64,000 nucleotides of DNA from an uncultured Chloroflexia bacterium (GCA_963713975.1 OY970218.1:960001-1024000), one strand, 5' to 3'; shown: positions 39,053 to 48,832, counted from the stretch's first letter. Notes: generated by a model not told the origin, from the sequence alone. Numbers and translations: made by a program.

Positions 39053-39921
39053 TGGACTGGCTGCTGGAGCCGCTGGCCTCGCCGATCATCGTGCGCGCCC
39101 TGATCGCGTCCGCGATCGTGGGCGTGATCTGCGCCGTCGTCGGCACCTATGTCGTGCTGCGGGGGATCGCATTCATCGGCGACGCGGTCGCCCATGCCGC
39201 CTTCCCCGGCGTCGTCGTCGCCTACATGGTCGGCTTCCCGTTCTACCTCGGCGCGGCGGTGGCGGCCGTCGGGACCGCCCTCGCGATCGGGTTCGTGACC
39301 AAGCGCTCGGGTCTGCGCCAGGACACCGCGATCGGGGTCCTGTTCGCGGGCATGTTCGCGCTGGGCATCTTCCTGTTCAGCACGATCGACGGCTATGTCG
39401 CCGACCTGTTCAGCTTCCTGCTGGGCAACGTGCTGGCCATCGGCACGGCGGACCTCGTGACGCTGGTCATCCTCGGGACCGGCGTGATCGTGACGGTGGC
39501 CGTCCTGTGGAAGGAGATGCTGTACGCGACCTTCGACCCGCTCGGGGCAGCGGCATCGGGGATCAAGGTCGGTCTCCTCGAGTACCTGTTCCTCGCCCTC
39601 GTGGCGCTGACGATCGTGGTCAGCCTCCAGGCCGTGGGCATCATCCTCGTGGTCGCGATGCTCATCACGCCTGCCGCCACCGCCCAGTTGCTGACGGTCC
39701 GGTTCCCGAGGCTCATGCTCACGGCAGCGATTGTGGGCGTGGCCAGCGCGGTCATCGGCCTCTACCTGTCGTACTGGTTCGACGTGGCCAGCGGCGCAAC
39801 GATCGTGCTCGTCCAGACAACGGCGTTCGTGGTGGCCCTGGTGCTCGGCCCACGTGGGGTTCTCGCCCGCCGGCGCTGGACCGCCGTCGGACCTGATGCC
39901 GCCCACGGGGCCGCGTCGTGA
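39052..39921 (+). CDS. znuB: Zn/Mn ABC transporter permease
   Basis: GDAVAHAAFPG, TFDP, VGIILVVAMLITPAATA. Confidence 0.9.
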   Translation: MDWLLEPLASPIIVRALIASAIVGVICAVVGTYVVLRGIAFIGDAVAHAAFPGVVVAYMVGFPFYLGAAVAAVGTALAIGFVTKRSGLRQDTAIGVLFAGMFALGIFLFSTIDGYVADLFSFLLGNVLAIGTADLVTLVILGTGVIVTVAVLWKEMLYATFDPLGAAASGIKVGLLEYLFLALVALTIVVSLQAVGIILVVAMLITPAATAQLLTVRFPRLMLTAAIVGVASAVIGLYLSYWFDVASGATIVLVQTTAFVVALVLGPRGVLARRRWTAVGPDAAHGAAS

Positions 39922-40400
39922 CGCAGTCCGCTCGCGTCACAGCCGTTCGGCGCACGCCGGGCGCCGCCGGGATCCCCGCCGAGGATCGCCTGGTACAGGC
40001 CATCGAGCGAGCCGGGTGCCGCCTGACCGTCCCCCGCCGTACCGTTGCCGGGCTGGTCGCCGCACGCGCAGGGCATTTCACCGCCGCGGACCTGGTGGAC
40101 GATGCCCGGCGGCAGCACCTCGGCATCGGCCGGGCGACCGTCTTCCGCACGCTCGACCTGTTCGTGACGCACGGGCTCGTCGAGCGCGTGGACCTGCCCG
40201 ACGGCGACCACGCCTACGTCGCGTGCGAGCCCGTCCATCACCACCACGCCATCTGCACGCGCTGCGGTCGGTCGCTGGACGTGTCGGACCATGGTCTCGG
40301 CGAGGTGCTCGGCGAGATCGCGCGGAGATCCGGGTTCCACGCCACCGCGCATCGGCTCGAGATCTTCGGCCTGTGCGCCGCCTGCCAGGGGGATTCGTGA
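39918..40400 (+). CDS. zur: Fur-family regulator (Zur-like)
   Basis: RLTVPRR, ATVFRTL, HHHHAICTRCG, CAAC. Confidence 0.8.
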   Translation: MTQSARVTAVRRTPGAAGIPAEDRLVQAIERAGCRLTVPRRTVAGLVAARAGHFTAADLVDDARRQHLGIGRATVFRTLDLFVTHGLVERVDLPDGDHAYVACEPVHHHHAICTRCGRSLDVSDHGLGEVLGEIARRSGFHATAHRLEIFGLCAACQGDS

Positions 40401-41311
40401 TGCGTATCAGCACAGCCACCGTCACCGTACTGCTGGCGGCCGTCCTCGCGGCATGCGGCGGTTCGGGTGCCCTGACGTCGCCCAGGGCCGGCGAGACGCT
40501 CAAGGTGGTCACCACCACCACGATCATCGCAGACCTGGTGCGCCAGGTGGGCGGATCCCGGGTCAGCGTCGAGAGCCTCGTGCCCAAGGGCGGCGAGGTC
40601 CACACGTTCGATCCCTCCCCGTCCGACGTCCGCAACATGTCCGAGGCGGACGTCGTGTTCACGAACGGTCTCGGACTGGACGGCTGGCTCTCGACCCTGA
40701 TCGACGATGCGGGGGTGAAGGCGCCGGTCGTCGCCCTGGGCGAGGACCTCGACGGGGTCGCTTACCTTTCCGGCGAGGGCGACGGCGCCGTCAACCCGCA
40801 CCTGTGGCTGGACATCGCGTATGCCGCCAAATACGTGCATCGGATCGGGGCGACGCTGGCAACCGCCGATCCGGATCACGCCGCCGATTACCAGGCAGGG
40901 GCTGCCGCGTATGAGGGCGATCTCGCCCGGCTCGACGAGCATGCGCGCACCACGCTCGGCGCCATCCCGGCGGCTAACCGCAACGTGGTCTCGTTCCATG
41001 ACGCGTTCCCGTACTTCGCGGCCGCGTACGGCCTGACCATCGACGGCACGGTCGTGGATGCCCCCGGCCAGGACCCCAGCGCGGCCCAGGTCGCGAACCT
41101 CGTCACGCTCATCCGGGACAGGGGCGTCCGGGCGATCTTCGCCGAGGCCCAGTTCAACCAGGACCTGGTGAAGACGATCGCCGACGAGACCGGCGCGGTC
41201 GTGGTGTCCGACCTGTACACCGACAGCGTGGGGGACGCGCCGAAGGACACCTACGCCGGGATGATGGCCTGGAACATCGAGCGCGTGGCGGCGGCCCTCG
41301 CCGGGGACTGA
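40400..41311 (+). CDS. znuA: Zn/Mn ABC substrate-binding lipoprotein
   Basis: LAAC lipobox; EVHTFDP, NPHLWLD, SFHDAF. Confidence 0.88.
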   Translation: MRISTATVTVLLAAVLAACGGSGALTSPRAGETLKVVTTTTIIADLVRQVGGSRVSVESLVPKGGEVHTFDPSPSDVRNMSEADVVFTNGLGLDGWLSTLIDDAGVKAPVVALGEDLDGVAYLSGEGDGAVNPHLWLDIAYAAKYVHRIGATLATADPDHAADYQAGAAAYEGDLARLDEHARTTLGAIPAANRNVVSFHDAFPYFAAAYGLTIDGTVVDAPGQDPSAAQVANLVTLIRDRGVRAIFAEAQFNQDLVKTIADETGAVVVSDLYTDSVGDAPKDTYAGMMAWNIERVAAALAGD

Positions 41312-41516
41312 CCGGCCCTCGGAGCTCCCGCCCCGCCGGTGCCGGTGGTACCGCTGGTACGGTGGCGGCAGTGACCATCGGCGACTGGGTCGCTGAAACC
41401 TTCGGCTGGTGTGCCGCCTCAAAGGGAGGCCACACCATTCCGGGAGTCGCCATGGTCATCCGCTCGCGCCCCACCACCAGCGCTCGACGCAGTCCACTGC
41501 TCGAGGGGATCCCGAC

Positions 41517-42224
41517 ATGCGCGTAGGCGCCGCAACGCTGGTCGCGCTGGGGGCCATCGCCGCGCTGGTCGCGCTCGGAGTCACGGACCAGGTGCTCCCG
41601 GCGAGCGATCCGCGGGTGGCCGACCTCAGGCCGTGGATGGCAGCGCGGGCGCTCGGCGTGACGGCCTACCTCCTGCTTGCCGTCGAAGTCGGCCTCGGCC
41701 TGATCCTGAGCCATCCTCGCAACACGGCCGAGTGGCGCAAGACCAAGCAGGTCTTCCCGTGGCACGAGATGATCACCGTCTTCACCGGCGCCTTCCTCGC
41801 ACTCCACATCGCGCTGCTCGCGATCGACCCGTTCGCGAAGGTGGGCGTCCTCGGCGCCCTCGTGCCGGGGTTCTCCGAGTACCGGCCGGCCGCGATCGCC
41901 ATCGGGACGGTGGCGCTCTACGCACTGATCTTCACGGCGGTGACGGCGAAATGGACGAAGCTGCTCCCTGCCGGGTGGTGGCTCAAGGTGCACCGGTTCG
42001 CCGCCGTCGCATTCCTGCTCGCCTGGACCCACGCCGTGCTCGCCGGAACCGATGGCGGCGCGCTCACCCCCATGTTTCTCGCGACCGGCTTGCCCATCGC
42101 GGCGGGCGTCGCACACCGCTGGTGGACCGCCCGCGTCCGTCCGCAGCGTTCCGAACGGCCGGCCACTCCGGTCCTGTCCGTCGCCCGGCCGCAGCCGGCG
42201 ACCGCCACCGTGGAGGATTCATGA
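41517..42224 (+). CDS. Ferric-reductase-like (MsrQ-like) heme transmembrane protein
   Basis: TM helices with four His: WHEM, ALHIA, KVHRF, WTHAV. Confidence 0.85.
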   Translation: MRVGAATLVALGAIAALVALGVTDQVLPASDPRVADLRPWMAARALGVTAYLLLAVEVGLGLILSHPRNTAEWRKTKQVFPWHEMITVFTGAFLALHIALLAIDPFAKVGVLGALVPGFSEYRPAAIAIGTVALYALIFTAVTAKWTKLLPAGWWLKVHRFAAVAFLLAWTHAVLAGTDGGALTPMFLATGLPIAAGVAHRWWTARVRPQRSERPATPVLSVARPQPATATVEDS

Positions 42225-42733
42225 TCGCGAAGGAGACCCTCGCCCGGCTCGGCCGGCGACTGGTGGTCATGGCGGCGACCCTTGCCGTCATTGGCGTCGG
42301 CGCGGGGACAGTCCAGCTGGCCGCCCAGTGGCGTGCCGGGGCCGCGCCACTCGATACCGCTCCCGTGAGCCTGACCTCGGCCAGCGATGACTACGTCGCA
42401 CAGACCGAGCGCGCCGCCGACCTCGCCACCCAGATGGACGGCGTCGCACGGCAGGTCTCGAGCCTCCAGGCTGCGCTCATCGCGGCCAACGGCAGCGTTG
42501 CCGGTGACGCGGAGAGCGCCACGGTCCTCCAGGTGCAGCTTGATGGGGCAGCGGTCAAGCTGACCAGGACCCAGAAGCAGCTCAAGCTCGCACAGGCCCG
42601 CCTCGTTGCGCTCAACCAGGCTGCTGCCCGCCAGGCTGCGCTGAACCGGGCAGCAGCGGCGTCGCGCAGCACCGGCAGCACCACGGCCGCCAGGACTCCC
42701 GAGCCTCGCGAGCACGAGGACGACGATGACTGA
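42221..42733 (+). CDS. Membrane-anchored coiled-coil protein with acidic tail
   Basis: ATGA overlap, SD GGAGG; one TM, heptad-like Ala/Gln/Leu region, ends EHEDDDD. Confidence 0.8.
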   Translation: MIAKETLARLGRRLVVMAATLAVIGVGAGTVQLAAQWRAGAAPLDTAPVSLTSASDDYVAQTERAADLATQMDGVARQVSSLQAALIAANGSVAGDAESATVLQVQLDGAAVKLTRTQKQLKLAQARLVALNQAAARQAALNRAAAASRSTGSTTAARTPEPREHEDDDD

Positions 42734-43292
42734 GCGCGCACTCCCGGCAGCAGGCATCGGCATCGGGGCCAGGCCCCGGCCGGGAGTCGCCCCCAAGACC
42801 AGTCCCGTCGCACGCCCGGCCGCTACCCGTCCTGCCGTCACCCGCAAGGAGGCGCTCCTCGGGACGCCGTCTCGAGCCGGAATGCTGTTCGGAGCCTCGG
42901 CGGCCGTGTACGCCGTGACCCTCGCGGGGATCGCCGGTCTCCAGGGCGAGTCGGACGCTGCGCTTGCCGCAGCTCGTGCCCCTTACCTCAGCGCGGTCGA
43001 GGAGGCGCGGGCTGCCAATGACGCCCTCGAGGCCAGGGTCGTTGAGATCGATGCCAAGGTTCGCGCCATGATCGCCGGCTACGACACGGTGACCGGCGAC
43101 GTGACGGCGTACCAGGCGCGACTCGACTCGTTGGCGGCGCTGGTCGCCGAGGTGGAGGGCAGCGCCGCCGCACTCCCGGCGCGCATCAAGCTGCCCACGG
43201 TGAGCATGGCGGGTGCTGTCGCCGGAAGCTCGAGATCAAGGACGACCACCGCGCCCAAGACGACCGCGAATACCGGTGCCTCCGGCGGCTGA
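42726..43292 (+). CDS. Membrane-anchored coiled-coil protein with C-terminal TGAS (putative flavinylation site)
   Basis: One TM, heptad region, Ser/Thr tail ending TTANTGASGG. Confidence 0.8.
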   Translation: MTERALPAAGIGIGARPRPGVAPKTSPVARPAATRPAVTRKEALLGTPSRAGMLFGASAAVYAVTLAGIAGLQGESDAALAAARAPYLSAVEEARAANDALEARVVEIDAKVRAMIAGYDTVTGDVTAYQARLDSLAALVAEVEGSAAALPARIKLPTVSMAGAVAGSSRSRTTTAPKTTANTGASGG

Positions 43293-44322
43293 GGCGCCGG
43301 CGACGAACCTCGCCGGTGGTCAACACGCCGACGCCGGCCCCGACCGGCTGGTCGCGTTCTCGGCGCGAGCCCTCGGGTCGGCGCTTCGGCTGACGGTCCG
43401 AGTCCCCGAGCCCACGGACGCCGCCTCGCTTGCGGCCGCGGAGCTCGCCTGGGACGAGGTGCGGGCCGAGTTCGAGGCCGTGGATGCCGCGCTCTCGCGG
43501 TTCCGCTCGGACTCGGAGCTGACGCTGCTCAACCGGCAGGCGGGTAGCGGGGCCGTTGTTCGCGTGTCGCGCAGGCTACGTGTCGCCCTGGCCGCGATCG
43601 ATCGGGCAGGCCGGGTCACGGACGGCCGGTTCGACGCCGGCGTCCTGGGGACGCTGGAACGGATCGGCGAGCATGGCGCGGATCTCGACCGGACCGCGGG
43701 CACGCCCCCCGGCGACGCGGGTGGGCCTCGCCTTCGTGGGGCGACTGCGAGCGCAGTGCGAATGTGGCCTGTCCACGTACCGGCCACGCCCGTCGACATG
43801 GGCGGCATCGGCAAGGGGCTGGCGCTGCGCTGGGCTGCGGCGCGGGCCGAAGTGCTCCTTCCTCCCGGCGCGGGCCTGCTGCTCGAGGCTGGGGGCGACA
43901 TCGTGCACGCCGGTCTGCCATCGGCATCCGGGTGGAGTATCGGCGTCGAGGATCCCGTCGCCGACGGTGACGATGCCGCACCGTTGGCCGTGATCGACCT
44001 GCGATCGGGCGCGATCGCGACGTCGTCCGTCCGTGTCCGGACCTGGATCGGCCCAGAGGGACGGCCGGTCCATCACCTGGTGGACCCGCGGACGCGTGAG
44101 GCTGCCCGTACCGGGCTGATCGCGGTCACCGTGGGCGCCGCGGATCCAGCATGGGCAGAGGTCTGGACGAAGGACCTGTTCCTCCTCGGCCGCGGGGCGA
44201 TCGGGGAGCAAGCCCGGGCGCGTGGCCTTGCGGCGTGGTGGATCGATGATCGAGGTCGCCTGGGGATGACGCCGGAGGCGAGGATCCGCACCGCCTGGGC
44301 GAATGAGGTCCGACTGGGCTAG
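43276..44322 (+). CDS. apbE: FAD:protein FMN transferase ApbE (start uncertain)
   Basis: LSRFRSDSEL, TDGRFD, DMGGIGKG, AGGDI, IATSS, HHLVDPRT, AEVWTK. Confidence 0.92.
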   Translation: MPPAAEAPATNLAGGQHADAGPDRLVAFSARALGSALRLTVRVPEPTDAASLAAAELAWDEVRAEFEAVDAALSRFRSDSELTLLNRQAGSGAVVRVSRRLRVALAAIDRAGRVTDGRFDAGVLGTLERIGEHGADLDRTAGTPPGDAGGPRLRGATASAVRMWPVHVPATPVDMGGIGKGLALRWAAARAEVLLPPGAGLLLEAGGDIVHAGLPSASGWSIGVEDPVADGDDAAPLAVIDLRSGAIATSSVRVRTWIGPEGRPVHHLVDPRTREAARTGLIAVTVGAADPAWAEVWTKDLFLLGRGAIGEQARARGLAAWWIDDRGRLGMTPEARIRTAWANEVRLG

Positions 44323-44334
44323 GGTGCCCTCCGG

Positions 44335-45417
44335 TCAGGCGCCCTCGGGACCCGAGCCGGGCGCCGCGCGATCCGGCGGCCCGCCTGTGGCCTCCGCGGC
44401 TGCCGCAGCCGCCGTGGCCGCGATGGCCTCGGCACGCAGCTGGGACGGCGGCGTCTCGCCGAGGGCCACGGCCAACTCGTCCAGCGTCGGGTAGCCCTCG
44501 CGCGCACCCGCGTGCGTCACGGACACGCTGGCTGCGACCACCGCCCGCCGGGCGGCCGTCTCCAGGCTCAGCCCGCCGGCGAGCGCGGCCGCGAGCGCGC
44601 CGTTGAGCGCATCCCCGGCACCCGTAGCGTCGATCGCCTTGACCCTGGGGGCCTTGATGTCGATCGCCGCACCCTGGCGTCGGACCAGTACGGCGCCAGC
44701 GGCGCCAAGTGACACCAGAATCGCCTCGCCGGCCCCCGGTCCCTCGCTGCTGGCCTCGAGCAGGGTCCGGGCGGCCTTCACCGGCTCGTCGGCCCCGATC
44801 GGCTCGCGGCCGGATCGCCGCGCGTCGTCGGCAACGAGGCGGGCAAGCTCTCCCCGGTTGGGTACAACGACGTCGGCCAGCGAGATCACCGACCTATCCA
44901 GGCCGCCCGCGGGGGCGGGATTGAAGATGGTCCAGGCGCCGCCAAGGCGGCCGATCCTGAGGGCCTCTCGCGCGGCGTCGGTGGAGATCTCGTGCGTCAC
45001 GAGAACGGCGTCGCCCGTGTGCGGGTTGAGACGCGTGAGTGCCTGGCGCACATGGGCGGCCGTCAGGCCGGCGTTGGCTCCGGGCGCGACCGCGATCTGG
45101 TTCTCGGCCTTGGCGTCGACCAGGATGAGGGCCACCCCGGTTGCCGTGTGCTCCAGGGTCACCAGCACGTCGGTGCCGATCCCTTCGCGGGCGAGCGCGG
45201 CGCGTGCCTCGGCGGCGAACTCGTCGTCGCCCAGGGCGGCGACGAGCATCACGGGCACACCCAGGCGCGCGGCAGCCACGGCCTGATTGCCACCCTTGCC
45301 ACCGTGGAAGCGCGTGAACGTGCCGCCGAGCACCGTCTCGCCGGGCAGCGGCAACCGGTCCGTCTGCACCACGAGATCGACGTTGACCGATCCCACGACC
45401 AGGACTCGACCGCTCAT
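44335..45417 (-). CDS. rbsK: Ribokinase (PfkB family)
   Basis: GSVNVD, GGKGGNQA, NPAPA, DATGAGD. Confidence 0.88.
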   Translation of the reverse strand: MSGRVLVVGSVNVDLVVQTDRLPLPGETVLGGTFTRFHGGKGGNQAVAAARLGVPVMLVAALGDDEFAAEARAALAREGIGTDVLVTLEHTATGVALILVDAKAENQIAVAPGANAGLTAAHVRQALTRLNPHTGDAVLVTHEISTDAAREALRIGRLGGAWTIFNPAPAGGLDRSVISLADVVVPNRGELARLVADDARRSGREPIGADEPVKAARTLLEASSEGPGAGEAILVSLGAAGAVLVRRQGAAIDIKAPRVKAIDATGAGDALNGALAAALAGGLSLETAARRAVVAASVSVTHAGAREGYPTLDELAVALGETPPSQLRAEAIAATAAAAAAEATGGPPDRAAPGSGPEGA

Positions 45418-45444
45418 CGCAGGTATGCCCCTTCCCCTGTCCGG

Positions 45445-46266
45445 CTAGGAGCCGGTCACGTACTCGCCGCCATCGACACCGATGACCTCGCCGTTGATGA
45501 ACCCGGTGCCCTCACCGGACAGCGCGAGGATCGTGCTGGCCACGTCCTGGGGCGTCGTCATCCGGCCGGTGGGGTTGCGCCGCGTGGCGGCCTCGATGAT
45601 CGCGTCGTGCTCCGGGATCTTCATGAGTGCCGGTGTCATCGTGACGCCGGCCCGGATCGTGTTGGCGGTGATGCCGGTCCCCAGCCGGGCGAGCTCCATC
45701 GCGAGCTGCCGGGTGTGGGATTCGAGGGCCGCCTTTGCCGATGACACGACGCCGTAGCTGGGCACGACGCGGGTCGAGCCCTCGGATGTCATCGCGAAGA
45801 TCCTGGACCCGTCGCCCAGGAAGCCGCCCCGCCACAGGTCCTGCACCCAGTAGACGAGGCTGTTGGCCATGACGTCCTGGGTCATCTCCATCTTCTTGCG
45901 GTCGACGCCGGCCTTCGGGTCCTCGGTCAGGAAGGGCACCAGCGAGCCGAACGCGAGCGAGTGCATCACCACCCGCACATAGGGCGCCCGGCCATCGGCG
46001 CGCGAGCGGTCAAAGCGCTCGCGGAGCGTGGCCAGGGCGGCGGCCCGCTTGTCGTCGTCGGCGGCGTTCATGTTGATGTACAGCGCCTCGGAGCCGAGCG
46101 CGACGATCTTGGCCTTGACCTCCTCGACATGCGCGAGCGCCGCACGAAAGTCCAGGTGGACACCCGCGATCCGGTACCCGTGCGCGGCGAGCGTGAGCGC
46201 AGTGGCCTCGCCCATCCCGGAGGATGCCCCGAGGATCAGTGCCCAGCGCTCGCGGTCGTCGGTCAT
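45445..46266 (-). CDS. SDR enoyl-ACP reductase-like (FabL/FabI type)
   Basis: GASSGMG, HSLAFG, Y-x6-K (YGVVSSAK). Confidence 0.8.
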   Translation of the reverse strand: MTDDRERWALILGASSGMGEATALTLAAHGYRIAGVHLDFRAALAHVEEVKAKIVALGSEALYINMNAADDDKRAAALATLRERFDRSRADGRAPYVRVVMHSLAFGSLVPFLTEDPKAGVDRKKMEMTQDVMANSLVYWVQDLWRGGFLGDGSRIFAMTSEGSTRVVPSYGVVSSAKAALESHTRQLAMELARLGTGITANTIRAGVTMTPALMKIPEHDAIIEAATRRNPTGRMTTPQDVASTILALSGEGTGFINGEVIGVDGGEYVTGS

Positions 46267-46538
46267 GGTGCTCCTCCGGGGACGTGACGGGAACGGCCGC
46301 GGCGGGATGCACCGCAGGCTACGGGGAGTCTACAGCGCGCCGTGGCGGCACTCGGGTCCCGCTACAATTCGGCGGTCGCCCGATCCGTCGAACGGCGTCC
46401 GTTGAGCGGTCGGGAACCGCCCCGGCACGGCTCCAGCCGGCCGGCTCCCGCTCCTCGTGATCTCGCAATCCGGGACTTGCCGCGACCCGATCCCCTGGAG
46501 CCCGGCGCATTGGCCCGATGCCGACCCAGGAGCCCCTC

Positions 46539-47927
46539 GTGAACATCCCCGATCTCGGAGCCATCGACCCAACCGTCCTGCTGCTCGTCGTTCCGCTGGT
46601 GGTGATCCAGGTGGGCCTGATGATCGCGGCCGTCGTCGACCTGCTGCGGGACGACCGTCGCGTGCGCGGCGGGAACAAGGGCGTCTGGGCCCTGATCATC
46701 GTGTTCGTCAACCTCGTTGGCCCGGTGCTGTACTTCCTGGTGGGCCGGGACGACGGTTCTGCGGAGACCCGGGCGCCGGGTGAGGGTGCGGTGCCCGGCT
46801 GGGGCAGCCCCCACGATCCGCCGATCGTGGTCGGGCCGAGGGCCGGGGAACCGGCGCCGGCTGGACCCGCCGACGTGGCGTCGTCCGCCTCGACACGGCT
46901 CACGCAACGAGGCGCCCTCCCGGCTGCCGAGTCCGCTCCACCTCCTGCGTCCGCCCGGGCTCCCCTGCCCGATGCGCCTGCGGCCATCCGCGTCGAGGGA
47001 CTCACGAAGCGCTACGCCGGCGGGGTCCTGGCGCTCGACGCGCTGTCGATGGTCGTCCCCGCCGGATCCGTGTTCGGCCTGCTGGGACCCAACGGTGCCG
47101 GCAAGACGACCTGCCTCCGCCTGCTTGCCGGACTGACCCGGCCGACGGGGGGTCGTGCCGTCGTGAGCGGCGCGGTCGCGGAAGCCGACGCGCTTACGGT
47201 CAGGCGGGGGCTCGGCTACCTCGAGCAGGATCCTCGGGCCTATCGATGGATGTCCGGCCGGGAGCAGCTCCGTCTGCTCGGGCGTCTGCATGGCCTGGAG
47301 GGGCCGGCGCTGGATAGCGCGATCGACGACGCCCTTGCCAGGGTGGACCTCGCGGACGCCGCGGACCGGCGGACATCCACCTACTCGGGCGGCATGCGCC
47401 AGCGCCTCGGGATCGCCGGGGCCCTGGTCCACCGCCCACCCGTGGTCGTCCTGGACGAGCCGGTCAGCGCTCTGGATCCCGCCGGGCGGAGGGACGTCCT
47501 CGGCCTGATCGCCGCCCTGCGAGGCGAGACCACCGTCCTGTTCTCGACCCACGTGCTGGCCGACGTGGAGCGTATCTGCGATCGCGTCGGGATCCTGGAC
47601 CACGGGCGGCTCATCGTCGAAGGACCGCTCGACCAGCTGCTGGACCAGTACGCGCTGCCCGTGTGGCGGATCGAGGCTGAGCCCGGGCAGGACGACTCGC
47701 TCGCCGCGCTGGCCGACCGGCTGCGCGAGCTCGATTGGGTTACAGCCGCGGGCGTGGACCACGGGCTGCTGACCGTGGCCGTCGCCGATCCGGTCGTGGC
47801 CTCGCGCGAGCTGCTCCAGCTCGTCGGGGAGCAGGACCTGGCCGTCGTCTCGGTGGCCAGGGCGCGCCCCACGCTCGAGGACGTCTTCCTCCGGCTCACC
47901 GGCGACACCCAGGAGGCCGCGGCGTGA
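46539..47927 (+). CDS. PLDc_N (YxlE-like) domain fused to an ABC-2 ATPase
   Basis: N-terminal GNKGVWALIIVFVNLVGPVLYFLVGR; Pro/Ala linker; GPNGAGKTT, YSGGMRQR, LDEP; SD AGGAG. Confidence 0.88.
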   Translation: MNIPDLGAIDPTVLLLVVPLVVIQVGLMIAAVVDLLRDDRRVRGGNKGVWALIIVFVNLVGPVLYFLVGRDDGSAETRAPGEGAVPGWGSPHDPPIVVGPRAGEPAPAGPADVASSASTRLTQRGALPAAESAPPPASARAPLPDAPAAIRVEGLTKRYAGGVLALDALSMVVPAGSVFGLLGPNGAGKTTCLRLLAGLTRPTGGRAVVSGAVAEADALTVRRGLGYLEQDPRAYRWMSGREQLRLLGRLHGLEGPALDSAIDDALARVDLADAADRRTSTYSGGMRQRLGIAGALVHRPPVVVLDEPVSALDPAGRRDVLGLIAALRGETTVLFSTHVLADVERICDRVGILDHGRLIVEGPLDQLLDQYALPVWRIEAEPGQDDSLAALADRLRELDWVTAAGVDHGLLTVAVADPVVASRELLQLVGEQDLAVVSVARARPTLEDVFLRLTGDTQEAAA

Positions 47928-48694
47928 GCGGGTTCGGGGTCCTGCTGCGCAAGGAGCTGGTGGAGTCGTGGCGGACGCGGCGCCTGCCGGTCGTCGCGGT
48001 GCTGTTCCTGGTCGTGGGGATCCTCTCGCCGCTGACCGCCCGGTATCTCAACGAGATCCTCGCGGCGGCGCTTGGTGACCAGATCCCGATGGTCCTGCCC
48101 GATCCCACGGCGACGATGGCCCTGGAGCAGCTCCAGAAGAACCTCGGGCAGTTCGGCGCGTTGGCCGCGATCGCGCTGGCGATGGGCAGCGTGTCCGGAG
48201 AGCTTGACCGCGGCACGGCGGCGATGGTGCTGGCCCAGCCCGTGGGGCGACCCGCCTTCCTGGCTTCGAAGCTCCTGGCGATCGCCGTGGTCCTCGGGAT
48301 CGCGACGCTGCTGGCCTGCTTGGTGGCGTGGGTCTACACGGCCATCCTGTTCGAGCCGCTCCCGATCGGCGGCTGGCTGGCGATGGCCGCGCTCTCGTGG
48401 CTGGGGCTGGTCGCCTGGACATCGGTGACGTTCCTCGCCTCGACGGCGACGGGCTCCACGATGGCCGCCGCCGGCATCGGATTCACCGCCATCATCGTCT
48501 TCGGGCTGCTAGCCGTCGCACCCGCAGTGGACAGGTTCCTGCCCAGCGGCCTGACCGTCCCGGCGATCGGACTGGCGGCCGGCAGCGCGGCCGTGGACGG
48601 TGCACGTCTCGCGACGGCCGTCATCGGCTCCGTGTTCATGGTGGGGGGCGCACTGGTGGCGGCCGTCGCGGCCTTCCGGCGCCGGGAGCTGTAG
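47924..48694 (+). CDS. ABC-2 permease (YxlG-like)
   Basis: LLRKELVESWRT, ELDRGT...P...FLASK; six TM. Confidence 0.88.
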   Translation: MSGFGVLLRKELVESWRTRRLPVVAVLFLVVGILSPLTARYLNEILAAALGDQIPMVLPDPTATMALEQLQKNLGQFGALAAIALAMGSVSGELDRGTAAMVLAQPVGRPAFLASKLLAIAVVLGIATLLACLVAWVYTAILFEPLPIGGWLAMAALSWLGLVAWTSVTFLASTATGSTMAAAGIGFTAIIVFGLLAVAPAVDRFLPSGLTVPAIGLAAGSAAVDGARLATAVIGSVFMVGGALVAAVAAFRRREL

Positions 48695-48832
48695 CGGTCC
48701 CGTCGGGACCCCAAGGGACGATCCTCCCGGTTCCGGCGGGTCGTCGATGACGGGTTGGGGCAGAGCAGGCCACAATGCAGGTCCTCACACCACGCGATCG
48801 GCGCCCGTCGAGGCGCACTGCCCGGGAGTCCC

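Noticed and set aside
41379-41450. ZMP/ZTP riboswitch (GACTGG...CGGGAG resemblance)
   Set aside because: The 3' GCCG..CGCCUGGGC hairpin is missing and the downstream genes are unrelated to purine/folate metabolism.
41411-42220. 5' extension of the coiled-coil ORF to 440 aa
   Set aside because: It overlaps the cytochrome gene; ATG 42221 has an SD and an ATGA overlap.
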